Source: Trichodelitschia bisporula
Lineage: Eukaryota
Direction of reading: 5' to 3'
Assembly: GCA_010356995.1 (NCBI GenBank)
Contig: ML996688.1
Coordinates: 1,240,001-1,304,000 of the forward strand
DNA length: 64,000 nt
Shown here: positions 14,204-27,231 of the stretch, in pieces
Position numbering within the stretch: the stretch's first letter is position 1
How the letters are laid out: each line of letters opens with the position of its first letter
Translations under genes and position numbers: made by a program
The notes under the pieces: generated by a model
The model's database searches: none
Seen by the model: the letters and a program-made list of their open reading frames with translations, nothing else
Told to the model about the DNA's origin: nothing

Positions 14204-14733
14204 ATGGGTAAACGGAAGAAGTCCAGTGGCCCGAAGCCCGGTGGGAAGAAGGTGAGCCTGGCTTTGTATGCGAACGCAGTGCATCACGCTAACTGCTCTG
14301 CAGCGCGAAGCACTCCCTACGACGTTCCAATGCTTGTTCTGCAATGTTGACAATTCTGTCACCGTGAAGATCGATAAGAAAGGCGGCATCGGCAAGCTCA
14401 GCTGTAGTGCCTGCGGCCAAACCTTCACAGCTCTCTCGAACTGTAAGAGCCTCCCAGAAGCCGATTGCCAGCGGTGCAGCTTCGCTGACAATACTACAAA
14501 CAGACCTTACAGCTCCGGTCGACATATATTCAGAATGGGTTGATGCTTGCGAGCAAGTCGCCAGCAAGGGCGCTGAGGAGACCTTGCGCCCGGATATGGC
14601 GCAGCGGAAGCGCAACTCTGGCAACATGGCTTCTGCTAGTCATGGAGGTGACGCTCGTGAGATGGCCGATTTTATTCTCGAGGATGAGATGGAGGGCCTC
14701 GACAGCGAAGGCGAGGGTGGTTACGAGGACTGA
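14204..14733 (+). CDS. ELF1: Transcription elongation factor Elf1, 3 exons
   Basis: MGKRKKSS, FQCLFCN...LSCSACGQTF zinc ribbon, APVDIYSEWVDACE, acidic tail. Confidence 0.95.
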
Positions 14734-14965
14734 AGAGTCAGGCGTACATTGTGGCTATGTATTATCCGGGCATGTTGGAGATCACGACTGGAGGGTATAT
14801 GCGGCGGGGCGTTAAGGGTCTGTCATGGGGAATCTCCCTATTTTCATGGAAAGTCTCCAATCGCGTTTTCCGTGGTGAGGAATCTCGTTCATCGGCCGTT
14901 TTCTCACCTGATGACATGGCGCTACATAAGCTGTTGGTTTACCCAAGATCAGCGCACAACTAGAA

Positions 14966-15849
<884 letters not shown>

Positions 15850-16107
15850 TGATGCTTGTTTACGGTAGAGTGTCGCGTGCCGGTAAATGGGTTATGTACC
15901 TAGCCGACGGGTGGGGCTTGTGAAGTACTTTACAAGGAGTGGTGGGAGTGAGGCGGCGTTTTAAGTGTTTGGAAATGGGTAGGGTAGACGTTCAGTAGCT
16001 CTTACATAAAGTCGCTCACTGGGATATGCATATCGATATCAACGGCCCTCGCCTAGCAAGACGCCTGATCGACTTTTTTTAAAGGCCGAAAATTAGGAAC
16101 GGTCCTA

Positions 16108-16127
16108 CGGAGTACCCACACCGGGTT
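16108..16127. promoter_or_regulatory. CGG-N10-CCG(GGTT) candidate Zn2Cys6 site upstream of UPRTase
   Basis: CGGAGTACCCACACCGGGTT, ~260 bp upstream of the ATG at 15849. Confidence 0.4.
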
Positions 16128-17117
16128 CGGGTCCGGGCCGTGGGGATGCACGTTCTTTAGTGCCACGCTTTGCTCAGCCTCGACTTCCTCACATGGGCAA
16201 ATGTCATCCCAGCAGCAGGTGGTTGCACGTTAAAAGATGCAGCAAACGGGGGGGGGTTTGGGCAGAGCGAGGTTGTGACTGGTCCACTCGGTGTGCGAGA
16301 TGCAATCTTTACTGGGCCCTCTGGGGAGCTCTCTTACGGTAACTTCAAAAAGAGGGGCTCGTGAGGGGTAAGCGCCTGGCAAACACAAGGGGTTACGCGC
16401 ATCCGTTCAACCAACCCACAGGACCACAAGGACAAAGACTGCCCAGGGTCTGGGTTCCCCCGCCTTTGGCCTTATCGGCCTTGTCACCTTTGTTCAAGAA
16501 TCCAAGGCCAGTGTGGAGTAGTACGTCGTACGGAGTACGGTACATCGTAGAGGGGGTGCACGGCGTGTTACTGTGCACACTTGTGGTACAGAACCCCACA
16601 CAAAATAATCTGGCCAATGATACAAGCTTTGCACTGTTTCGCCACAGCCCAGCCACAATCAAGGCATCTGCAGGTAAGTTGCGCCTCAGCCGGTGAAAGG
16701 ATGATGACAAGCTGCCTGGTTGCAACAACACCAGAAACCCCCAGGGTCAACGGCAAACAACAGTCCATCTAACTCCGCCATGCATTCTGCCATGTCAACG
16801 CGAAATATCCAAGAAGCAACTGGTATATAGAGACGTAATCGCCCCATCTCTTTACTCTACCGGCGGCGTTGTTACTGCTCCGATCAAGTGAGCAATCCGC
16901 CCCTCGGCCAATCCGCAACTTTTGCACTGGCCCTCTTGGCCGTGCTTCATTCATCCTTCGCCACTCCCGCAACCGCGCAGGGACCTCCACATTCCTGCGC
17001 CGACCTTCAATGGTACTCCAACCCTCCACGCAAACAACCTCCACCATCGTATAGCCACGTTTCACACCACACCCTTCACGCTGATCACGGCAACACATCC
17101 CCCCGACACTGCGCCAA

Positions 17118-19960
17118 ATGGCAACATACTCGTACGGCATGTCCACCCAGCGCCGGAAAATCACGACCTACGGGAAGGCGTCGCGCACCACCCAGTACAG
17201 CCTACTGCCAAATGAGCCATCTCCCGAGAAGGCAACGCCTGCTTCGCGAACCTGGAGAGCCGGATTGACGAAGTCCGTTGCCGGTGGCACCTCGCAGTCC
17301 ACGCGACCGAGCTCCGGCAAGCTTGTCCGTCCCGCATCTAGCCGCCCCGCCGCCGAAATGGACGTCTTCGACGTACCCTCTGATGACGACACGGCCGTCA
17401 AGCGCCCTCCAGTCCGCGTCACTCGCAGTGTCAGCCGCCAACCCGAGACCCCGCGACCGAAGACCGCCATAGCCGTGTCCAAAAACAAGGGCGCGCTTGC
17501 TGTGGAGGAGACGTCGTCGACACAATCTGCGGAGACAATAGCCAAGCGCAAGGCAGAGGAAGTGAGAGGTTCCTCCAAGCAGGAAGCGGTGCGCAAAAGA
17601 GCTAAAACGGCGCATGTGGAAGCGAAGGTCGATCTGATCGCTACGAAGGTCACTGCGAAGAAGGTCACTGCGGCGAAGGCCACTGCGACGAAGGTCGCTG
17701 CGACGATGCAAACCGAGGCCTCGGTATGCACATCATCTCACCCCAATGTCAAGCGGCCCGCCGATGCGCAAACTTCCACTGTGGACGAACCCGTCAAGAA
17801 ATCGCGTCGCATTGGTGCTACGCCGAATCCGCCTCCCACTACCAGCAAGGGAGTCTCGGCGCCAGCGGCCCTCGCTCGCATGGTCACCAAGCGTGACAGT
17901 CCGCGGAAGGGCACAGCGCGGCGTGTTGCGGTTGGGCCGCCCACGCCTTCCACCCCGCCACCAGCCTCTGGCGATGACATTCTCCTGGAAACTCCGATAC
18001 GAAACACCTCTTCTTCTCCAAAGGCTCCTCGATCGGCTGCTGTCACGCCCCGACAGAAACAAATGTGGGAGAAGCTCTTTGACGACGCCACCGATGGCCC
18101 TAAAGAATGGTCTGCTGGACCATTGGACTCGGCTCCGGTTCCGGCTCCCCGTAACCTGCGTCGTTCCCAATCTGAGGTCGCCTTCCCGCAGAAGAAACGT
18201 GTGCGGCTTGTTGAATCACTAAAGGCAACCGCCGATGTCATCGAAGAGGAGGGGGAATTTTCCTCTGATGAATCTGCAGCGGAGAACTCGCCCGCGAAGT
18301 CCAATGCCGTCATGGACCGCAGTTCTGTGGACCTCCAAGACTCACAGCAGCTCACAAACTCTCAGACTCCAGTGTTCAAGTCAGCGACCACGAAGATCAC
18401 ATATGGTCAGCAGCGCACCTATCTCGAGGACAAGAGCGAGGATGTCTTCCTGAATCTGCTCACCCAAGACATCACGAATGATTCTCAGCGGTTGATCCCA
18501 GAAGATGAACCGGAAGAAGAAAGTCAAGGCCAACCGAAGAGCGTCCATGACCTCAGGGCCGCTGGTTCAAGGAAGCGACTTCTTGACGGCCTGGAGGCGC
18601 TTATCTCCGAAGTTGAGGGGCAAGGAATGAGCTCCATGTCAAGCCGGTGCAGCGCCATGATCGAACTCATCACGAAGCTCAGAGAGCCAGACGCCCTTAC
18701 CTGTTTCTTCGACCACGGTTTGGACCGGTCCTTCGTCCGAAGCTGCAAAGAGCCCTCGGAGATCGCCTTGAACTGCCTTGCGGCCTTTGCCTTCAGCGTT
18801 ATCATTCACGGCGGAGCTAACCTGATGGTTCTTCAGAGCATACAGAAGTCTGACTGGTTTCAAAACGCCTTGACATTGCTGCCTTTTGAACAAGATATGT
18901 CAAAACTCTTCAAGGAGCGCCGGTTCAATATGTCAAGGATTGCGCTCTCCTCGTTTGTCGAACTGCAGGCAACCATTCTGGGCTCTGACATCTGGGCCGA
19001 CGGGAAGCCGAAAGCTGTGTCTCCACGCGCTATCGTACTCCGGACGCTAGATCAGCTTGTACGGCGGATGCGTGAGCTTGGTAGTCGCGATACCATTTTC
19101 GACGACAAACCCATAACTGCTCTTCTGTCCGTTGCCGAGTCGCAGCTCAAGAAGGATGACGATCCGCTAATTTTCGAATTGGTTCTGTCGATTCTGGAGT
19201 CCAATTCTCTGGCGACCCAGATTCCGAAGAAACCCTCTACGTCGTCCATTGGCCATCTCACTTCGATCAGTGGCATCTTGTCGACATTCTTCTCCCGGCC
19301 GCGCACGGAGGCCAGAAGGGTGGAATCGCTGAGCTTGCGACTCTGCCTAAATCTGACAAATAACAATCCCCGTGCGTGCGAAATATTCGCCACTCCTGCG
19401 CTCACCAAACCGCTTCTTAATTCCATCAACGAGATGTTCGCCTCCCTCGACTCAAGCCTCGACAGTCAGGAGCACACGAAGACCCTGGATCAGCTTGTCC
19501 TCACGCTGGGAGCCATGATCAATCTCGCCGAGTTCAGTGAGCTCGCCCGCCTTTCCTTGGTGAAAGGAGATTGCGCTCCGCTTGATCGAGCCGTTAGACT
19601 GTTCCTTGCGAGCCTGGAACGTGCCGAGCAGGTATTTTGCGTCTGCGTCACCCACTTTCCAGAAGCTAACCGTTGCAGGCCGATTCGATGGAGGCATCTC
19701 AGACCAATGTGGCTTACGGCTACCTGGCCGTCTTCCTTGGAAACCTGTGCCAGAACAAGCAAGTTCGGGCCCGTGTTCGTGTCTTACTTCCCGGGCAAGG
19801 TTTGGATTCACTTATTTCGGCGGTTGATGAGTTCATTAAGATCAACCAAAAGGCGGCGAAGGAAATGCTCAATGGACAAGAGGGGAATGAGGTGTACACG
19901 AAGTACACGAACCGTCTGCTGGAGGTTGTTGAGAGGCTGCGATGGGTGCGAGATTCCTGA
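17118..19960 (+). CDS. WAPL: Wings-apart-like (WAPL/Wpl1/Rad61) cohesin release factor, 2 exons (intron 19632-19678)
   Basis: Long disordered N-terminus, KITYGQQRTYL, PKSVHDLRAAG start of the WAPL domain, LRLCLNLTNNN, LGAMINLAE, YGYLAVFLGNLC. Confidence 0.85.
17645..17704 (+). repeat. 4 x 15-bp coding tandem repeat (GAAGGTCACTGCGRN)
   Basis: Encodes KVTAK-KVTAA-KATAT-KVAAT inside WAPL. Confidence 0.9.
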
Positions 19961-20313
19961 GTAATTGAATCATTGACCTTTGCGGCGTTGGGCTTCGGCA
20001 CGACTTATGATAGATACCCATAGTGTTTGAACTAGCGGAATGTAAGGGCTTTTTACGTAGGCATTTTGAGGTGTCAAGCGATATGCTGGCTCCGGCAATG
20101 CTCTCTGGTACATACAGGCAAGACGACTGTCTGCTTCTTAGCTTTGCAATTTACTTGTAGTGATACTGCTAGAACTAGTGTCGGCAAACAGGTGGGCTCC
20201 AATGAGCACCAGCTGCTGTGTAAGATGGGGCTGCCTACATGGCAAGCTGTCAACATGTCGCATCAAATGGCGAGCTTTAAGCAGCTGAGATGCAGGTTCA
20301 CTAACTTCGCGGC

Positions 20314-20835
20314 TCACTCATGCCCTTCTAACACACCAAGAGCTTGCAAAACTCTGGATCTTCTTCTGTTATCAGGCTGTTGAGCATCCTGATTCCGCAC
20401 GATCGAGTCGATGGCAGTTCCACAGTCCCGCCTGATCTCGGCATAACTCAGCGTCAGGAATTTCGGGTTGATGAGGAAGTATACGGTTCCAGACAGGGGC
20501 ACCGCGTCTTTAGTGAGGGGGGTGCCAGTCGTACGATTAAGGTTTCGAGCCGCCAACTCCTCACCAAACGCGTCCCTCAGTCTTCGAACGTTGTGATGTC
20601 GAACCGTAGGTTTTAACTTCAGCCTGTTGGGGGTGATGACGTGCCACCAGACGCCCTCTTGTGGACGAGCATTCCATCGGCGTCGGACTTCGATGGAGCG
20701 CGGGTGGGATGCAGCGGTGATGATCAGGCGGCCAGTTGCGCCTATGAGGTACTTCCGTTTGTAGAACTGATATGAGAAGGAAGCATAGGTACCCCGGAGG
20801 GTCGGAATAAGACCGTCGCTAGTTCTTAGATCCAT
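20314..20835 (-). CDS. Hypothetical basic protein with an RnpA (bacterial RNase P protein)-like C-terminal half; true start may lie upstream (20934)
   Basis: GVWWHVIT..KPTVRHHNVRRLRDAF...LSGTVYFLINPKFLTLSYAEIRRDC parallels the RnpA pattern RLGxSVSKK..AVxRNRxKRRLREAF...LxGxDhVVhARKxAxxLSYAEL. CDS likely; RnpA identity is inference. Confidence 0.65.
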   Translation of the reverse strand: MDLRTSDGLIPTLRGTYASFSYQFYKRKYLIGATGRLIITAASHPRSIEVRRRWNARPQEGVWWHVITPNRLKLKPTVRHHNVRRLRDAFGEELAARNLNRTTGTPLTKDAVPLSGTVYFLINPKFLTLSYAEIRRDCGTAIDSIVRNQDAQQPDNRRRSRVLQALGVLEGHE

Positions 20836-21320
20836 GGCGTAGCGGGCAGACGTCGGGATTGAGGAGGGCAAGGGGGCCCAGAATGTCCTGAGGATTGTCC
20901 GGGTGGTTGGGCGCCGCGACGGGTATATTCACATGGAATTTTATGGAGGCCTAGGAGGTGCTGCTAGAAATTGGGGGCCTGCCAAGTCTGCACTTGAATG
21001 GTACGTAGGCCTAGCGCCACCGAATAATTCATAGCCGACCTGCTTACTCGTTTTGCGGACGGGAGCGGTCACGACCTTTTAAGATGCCCTGGGCCACTAT
21101 TATTTCAGACCTTAGTCACACCCCCACAGCCGGGGAAAGTGACGGCCCGTGGCCGTGGCGGGTGAGGGTCCTCCCAGGCTAGAGCCGATTTGCCCCGCCG
21201 CTGAACGCATTCCCACTCATATTTAACAACTCCACCACCAAACCCTTTGGTCAAACAAAGGCTCCTCTTTACCCCAAAACCGCATCACCTACAGAATCGA
21301 ACCTTTTCCAAAGATCTACT

Positions 21321-21939
21321 ATGCCTAAGAACAAGGGCAAGGTATGTTTGTCCTCGACCACGTCCCTTGCATTTGCGCGCGCATCTGCTGACGAGGGGTA
21401 ATGTAGGGTGGTAAGAATCGCCGTCGCGGCAAGAACGAGAACGACAACGAGAAGCGTGAGCTTGTGTTCAAAGAAGATGGCCAAGGTACGTTACTGGTCG
21501 CCAGCGGTGCATCTCACAGAGCGCTGACCGCCGTACAGAATACGCGCAAGTGATCAAGATGCTGGGCAACGGCCGCCTGGAGGCGAAGTGCTTCGATGGT
21601 CCTACACGCCTCGCCCACATACGTGGCAAGCTTCGTAAGAAGGTGTGGATCAACCAAGGCGACATCATCCTGCTGTACGTTTATCGCTCTCCCTGAAACA
21701 CGGTCAAGCTCGCCACTAACGAACCCAGGTCGCTTCGCGAGTACCAAGATGGCAAGGGCGATGTCCTCATGAAGTACTCCGCCGACGAGGCTCGCTCTCT
21801 CAAGGCCTACGGTGAGCTTCCCGAGACGGCGAAGATCAACGAGACCGATACCTATGCGGACGAGACGAACGAGGGCATTGGCTTCGAGTTCGACGAGGAC
21901 CGTAGTGACTCTTCAGAGGTCGAGATCGACGATATCTAG
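21321..21939 (+). CDS. TIF11: Translation initiation factor eIF1A, 4 exons
   Basis: [50 protein letters not shown], acidic tail ending EIDDI*. Confidence 0.98.
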
Positions 21940-23371
21940 TCGAGGGGCCACACGACGCGTTGCTTGGAGGATGGAAACCCTACTGGACGATCTTTCGCGG
22001 TGGTGCCGCGTATTGCATATCAAGCTCTCGGTCTTTGGCCGCAGACACGTTACGAATGGGGAGGTTTAGCGGGGGAGTTGCGGTTGTTCGGGAGGGCGTA
22101 CATGGTGCCGTTTTGCCATCTGGCGGGTATCAAAAGTCGTCAGCTTTCGGCGACAGTGTAGCGCATCCGCAAAATTGAGCTAGAGTTCCTGGTTCGAGGA
22201 CCTGAAAGTCTTTTGAGTCTGTGATTCCGTATCCATGGTCAAACCAACCACCATCGAGTTACTCCAGGGCAATCATATCCTGGCACATCAGCCAGAAACC
22301 AGTTCAACATCCCATGTCCGATTCTGTATGGTGCCTCAAGATTTGAAGCATATCGCCTATATATAGAAATACAGGCAAAGGCAGCCTATCGGTATCTCTG
22401 CTACCTAGCCGCTTAGACACCATGAATTATCAATCAATCCCCACACCACATCCCAATAAGTTGGGGAACTTGTAGGGGTAGGATGCCCACAGGAGCTGGC
22501 TCGCGTCAACTTTCCATACCCCTCAGGATTGCAGGACTGAGGATCCCCAAGCACCGATGACGGATGCATCTATACACGCTAGACTTCTGATTATGCAGAC
22601 TGCTCGCATTTCAAAGGAGACTCATCCGCATTAAGGTTTAACGACCGGAAGAAAAGACGGGTGGGATAGGAAAAGGCGGTTACGACAGCAAATCAAAATT
22701 CTCTAAACACAAGTTCTGTGTCACCGACGTCGTTCCTTTACCGTTGCTCCCCTTGGCCTCGCGGCTGAGCTTCAAGTTGAAGGCAGCCCGAACTCATTCC
22801 CCGCACGAGGTGCAGCGTCGTATGCGGCTTCGTAAATTGCCGACCAGAGGCGCGACTCAGAACCCCGAAAGCTGTGGAAATTATAGGAAGCTTGCTCCGA
22901 AAATTCCCTTCAGCTCGGTTCGTGGCGGCGACGAGGAGAAGGAGGGATGGGTTACTATGGTAGGCATGCACATGCACATGTTGGTTAGAACTAGTACCCC
23001 GCTTGGTTGGAGGGGGAGAGCCGGCATTACATCAGGCGCGCCGCCCCCAGTAGTCGAAGGGGAGGTCATGAAAAGAAAGCTCTGGCTTTAAGCTCCCCCT
23101 CTCACCCTTCCTTTAGCAATCCCCGTAATGACACTGCACCTTTGCGCTTTGGCTTGTTAGAGTTCTTTGATCGTTCCCTCTGATTGCTTTTCTGTATCTC
23201 TCACAGGCCTTTCGCCAAATCGCCGGAAATCTACCGCTTAAGATCAAAAATCCGTGACGCGCAACCAGTACCAGTCCATCCCTCACAGCGTCGCGCTATT
23301 CCGCCTGTCCCGGTGAACCGCGCCGAACTGCTCATAAACCCCAAACTGTGTCTCCGAATCGAGAAGTCGCC

Positions 23372-24091
23372 ATGCCTTCAGCTCCCAAGCAGCGGAAAAT
23401 CGCCTTGGTTGGGAGCCGCTCAGTTGGTATGTCACAAACTCCTACCCATGCCCGGTGCGCCCTGCTGACCACGGGCCAGGCAAATCGTCCCTCACGGTGC
23501 AATTCGTCGATGGCCACTTCGTTGAAAGCTACTACCCCACGATCGAGAATACGTTCAGCAAGGTCATTCGCCTCAAGGGTCAGGATTATACGACGGAGAT
23601 CATAGACACAGCTGGCCAGGTACAGCATCAAGACCTGAGGCAGGAAGCCTACATGGTGCTAACTGCTGCCCCAGGACGAGTACAGCATCCTGAACTCGAA
23701 ACATTTCATCGGCATTCATGGATACATGCTGGTCTACTCTGTCGCGTCCAGACAGTCGTTTGACATGGTTCGCATCATCAGAGACAAGATCCTCAACCAT
23801 CTGGTGCGTCTGGTTCCTGTGATACCGCGCGACGAATGCTCACATATGCAGGGAACCGATTGGGTTCCAATGGTGATTGTAGGCAATAAGTCTGACCTCC
23901 GCCCTGAGCAGCGCCAGATCGACAAAGACGAAGGAAAGGCTCTCGGAGAGGAGTTCAAGTGCTCCTGGACCGAAGCTAGCGCGCGTTACGACACCAATGT
24001 TACCAAAGCCTTTGAACTGATGATATCTGAGATTGAGAAATCGCAGAATCCTAGCGAACCGGCCGGGGGGAACAAGTGCGCGGTCATGTAA
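23372..24091 (+). CDS. RHB1: Rheb small GTPase, 4 exons
   Basis: G1 GSRSVGKS with the Rheb-specific Arg, effector ESYYPTIEN, DTAGQDEYS, NKSD, CAAX box CAVM. Confidence 0.97.
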
Positions 24092-25503
24092 TGCCGACTT
24101 GTCAGTTCGGTGAGTTGACGAGCGGGGAAGGTCGGTTGTACGAGTAACCTTTGGTTGGTCTTGTTTCACGGCCTGGATCATGTGTAATGACCTACTGAGA
24201 TTATAACGAGGTTTTCTGTCCATTTAGACGCCAGTCCGGGAGTCCATCAAGCTGAAGAGATACCATATACTTGCTTCTGGCCGCTGAATCGAAGAGAGTT
24301 GCAGGCTTGCTTTTCAACGAAGACTATATCGGCTCAGTTGCGCGATACCTAGCTCAAAAGCCGTTCCCCTCCGACCAACATTTTCTGCCTTAGGTGTGGG
24401 GTTGACAACCGTGTTCGGCTATGAAGAGGATATGAGGAGATTGTAGCTTGAGAATGGGTAGCCTGTGCACCTGTTGATGACCCATTCGATGCGGAAAGGT
24501 TAATGATTGAGAGCACATAGATAGTTAACTAATAGCAGATTCAACTGGAGATCCGTATCACAAGCAACCAGCAGCGAGAGGACAAATTAGGAAATGGATT
24601 ATATATGAAGGCTGCTAGAGAGCCAAGCGATGAAGTACCGTCCTACTGGGCGGCCGTACCCGGAGGCCGGATGCGATCATCGAGGCTTATGGTCAGCCTT
24701 CGATCAGTGTTCGATGGATATTCGACGGCATCGCTTGCCCCAGGGGTGTCATGCATCGCGCCAATTTGGGTCATTCACGTAGTGCCCCTGCGGAAACATC
24801 CATGCTCTGATCACCGATCAATGGGGTAGGCAATTAATCTCCGAAGTACAAGCCGTGCACATATCCACCTTCTGCATTAAACTTGAAGTTTAATGGGAAC
24901 TACTGCTTCGTTGATCAGAGCGAAACGATTCAGCAGAGGAGTTCACTACCCCCAGAGACCCTCCACGTGCACGTACGGAGGTACGTAGTAGGTCAGCTGT
25001 TCGTGGTAGATCGGGAGGAGCGGAGGTGGGGGGAGCCGCTAGCCTGTATCAGAAAATCATCACCAACCGCACCTGGTTATATCAGTCGCAGCTCCAAAGC
25101 TCATGGAATTTGGAGTCGGAATATTGTGAACCGGGTGAAGGTCTCCGCTACAGTATGAGCATGTGCTTACAGGACGGTAGATGATCGGAGCTGACGCCAG
25201 ACGCCAGACGCCACTGCCACTGCTTACTAGCCGGGGGCCCAGAACGCCGCGCAGGATTGGCGTGAAAGGGAGGCGCGCTGAGCGCCTCTCATGCAGCCCT
25301 GCCCGGGTGGGTTAGTTCTACTGTACAGTCCAAGTGTTCACAAGCTTGCGCGGTTGCGCGTCACTTCACCCTTATAACCCCTTCCTTCACTTGTTTCTGC
25401 CCCGCGTGCATAGCCGACTATGGGACTTACGCAGCGCTTCTAGCACCATTCAATCGCTCTCGAGCTACGCACACTCGCCTGACGTCGTCCATTTGACTGC
25501 GGG

Positions 25504-27231
25504 ATGCCTTCCATCGCAACATGGGCCGGCACTGCCTCCATAAAGGGCTCATCAGAGTCCACCCGCATGGCGCTGTTGACTCTCAGTCTCATTGGTATCC
25601 AGTGGGTTCTCTGGTCTCGATGTACTCCTCTACTAACTTCTGGCTTAGATTCACCTGGGGAATCGAGATGACATACTGCACGCCGTACCTCCTCAAACTC
25701 GGACTGACGAAGAGCAAAGTGTCGCTCGTTTGGATCGCCGGCCCAATTTCTGGCCTCATAATGCAACCGATCGTAGGAGTAATTGCGGATAGGTCGACAT
25801 CACCCTGGGGTCGTCGGCGGCCGTTCATGGTAGTGGGTACGGTAATCGTCAGCATATGTTTGCTCATACTCGGCTGGACTTCCGAGATCGTGGGAGTCTT
25901 TGTCTCGGACCCAGATATGAAACGCTCAGCTACAATTGCCCTTGCTGTCCTCAGCATCTACGGCGTAGACTTTGCGATCAATGCTGTTCAAGCGTCGACC
26001 CGGAGTCTTGTGGTGGATACTCTCCCCATACCGAAGCAGCAACTAGGGTCCGCATGGGCGAGCCGAATGGTTTCGATTGGAGGACTGATCGGATACGCTG
26101 CTGGCGCCATGGATCTGAGCCAGATATTTGGCACCTCGATCGGCGACTCGCAATTCAAGCAGCTTACCGTCGTCGCGGCTGTAACCATTTGCGCCACGGT
26201 CGGTACAACGTGCTGGGCCGTATCCGAGAGAGTGCTCGTATCTAGCGGAAGGGGCCAGGATGAGAGTATTGGCGCCATGGCCACGTTTTCTCAGATCATG
26301 ACGACGGCTTTGCATTTACCAGACCGAATTGCAGCCATTTGCTGGATCCAGTTCTGGTGCTGGATCGGGTGGTTCCCATTCCTGTTCTACAGCACGACCT
26401 GGATCGGAGAGGTGTACCTTCGTTACAATGCCCCTGCTGATGCCAGAGACCACGCGGATTCCTTGGGACAGATCGGGCGAGTTGGCAGCTTATCGCTCAT
26501 TGTCTTCTCCCTCGTCACTTTCGCAGGTTCTGTCATGCTCCCGTGGGTCATTGAGACGCCCACTGAGGAAACTCCTGATTTTACGCCCCGCCCGCCAGCC
26601 AGCATTGCACCATTCCTCGCGGAACTCCAGAAGTACAAGCCTCGACTCATCACGGCGTGGTCCTACTCACACATCATATTTGCTGGTTCAATGGTATCAG
26701 CACCCTTTGTCACGTCTTTGCGCTCGGCCACAACCATCATTGCCATGTGCGGCATGTAAGTTACCCCTGTGTCCTCACCATTCTGTCTAACTTCACAGAC
26801 CTTGGGCGCTTGCATGCTGGGCACCTTTCACCTTCATGGGCATGGAGATCAACAGACTCAACTCCGGTACAGACCAGAACCGTACTCGCAAGAGCCGCGG
26901 CTCGATGGAGATGAATAGCACTCAGAGCGCCGCTCTTCTGTCGCACCCGGACAATGAATCAAAGGACTCCAGCAGCGACCTTGCTGGAGTCTATCTCGGG
27001 ATCCTCAATCTCTACACTACGTTGCCCCAGTTTATCGGAACATTCATATCTTGGATGGTCTTTTCAATCCTCGAGCCGGGCAAGAGCCCAGAACTGGCGA
27101 AGGAGGCACATCCAGACGAACATCACTCGAAAGATGGACCTAACGCAATTGCCGTATGCCTGTTTATTGGCGCGGTAGCGGCACTGGTCGCTGCATACGC
27201 AACCAATCGACTCGATCGGATCTCGCGCTAA
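25504..27231 (+). CDS. SUT1-like sucrose/alpha-glucoside permease (GPH family), 3 exons
   Basis: MPSIATWAGTASIKG..GIQ|FTWGIEMTYCTPYL, WIAGPISGLIMQPIVG, WGRRRPF, WIGWFPFLFYSTTWIGE, GILNLYTTLPQF. Confidence 0.92.

Noticed and set aside
19632..19964. C-terminus of the 948-aa ORF (VFCVCVTH...CDGCEIPE)
   Set aside because: It is read-through of the 47-nt intron; the true WAPL end is the other frame, stopping at 19960.
22185..22205. GGTTCGAG, tRNA T-loop / B-box-like
   Set aside because: No cloverleaf stems or A-box found; no tRNA, 5S or snRNA recognised anywhere in the window.
24186..24240. CTGAGATTATA resembling the start of a fungal TPP riboswitch (also CTGAGA..GGATC near 57270)
   Set aside because: The downstream GATCTGGATAATACCAGCG core is missing and there is no thiamine gene nearby.
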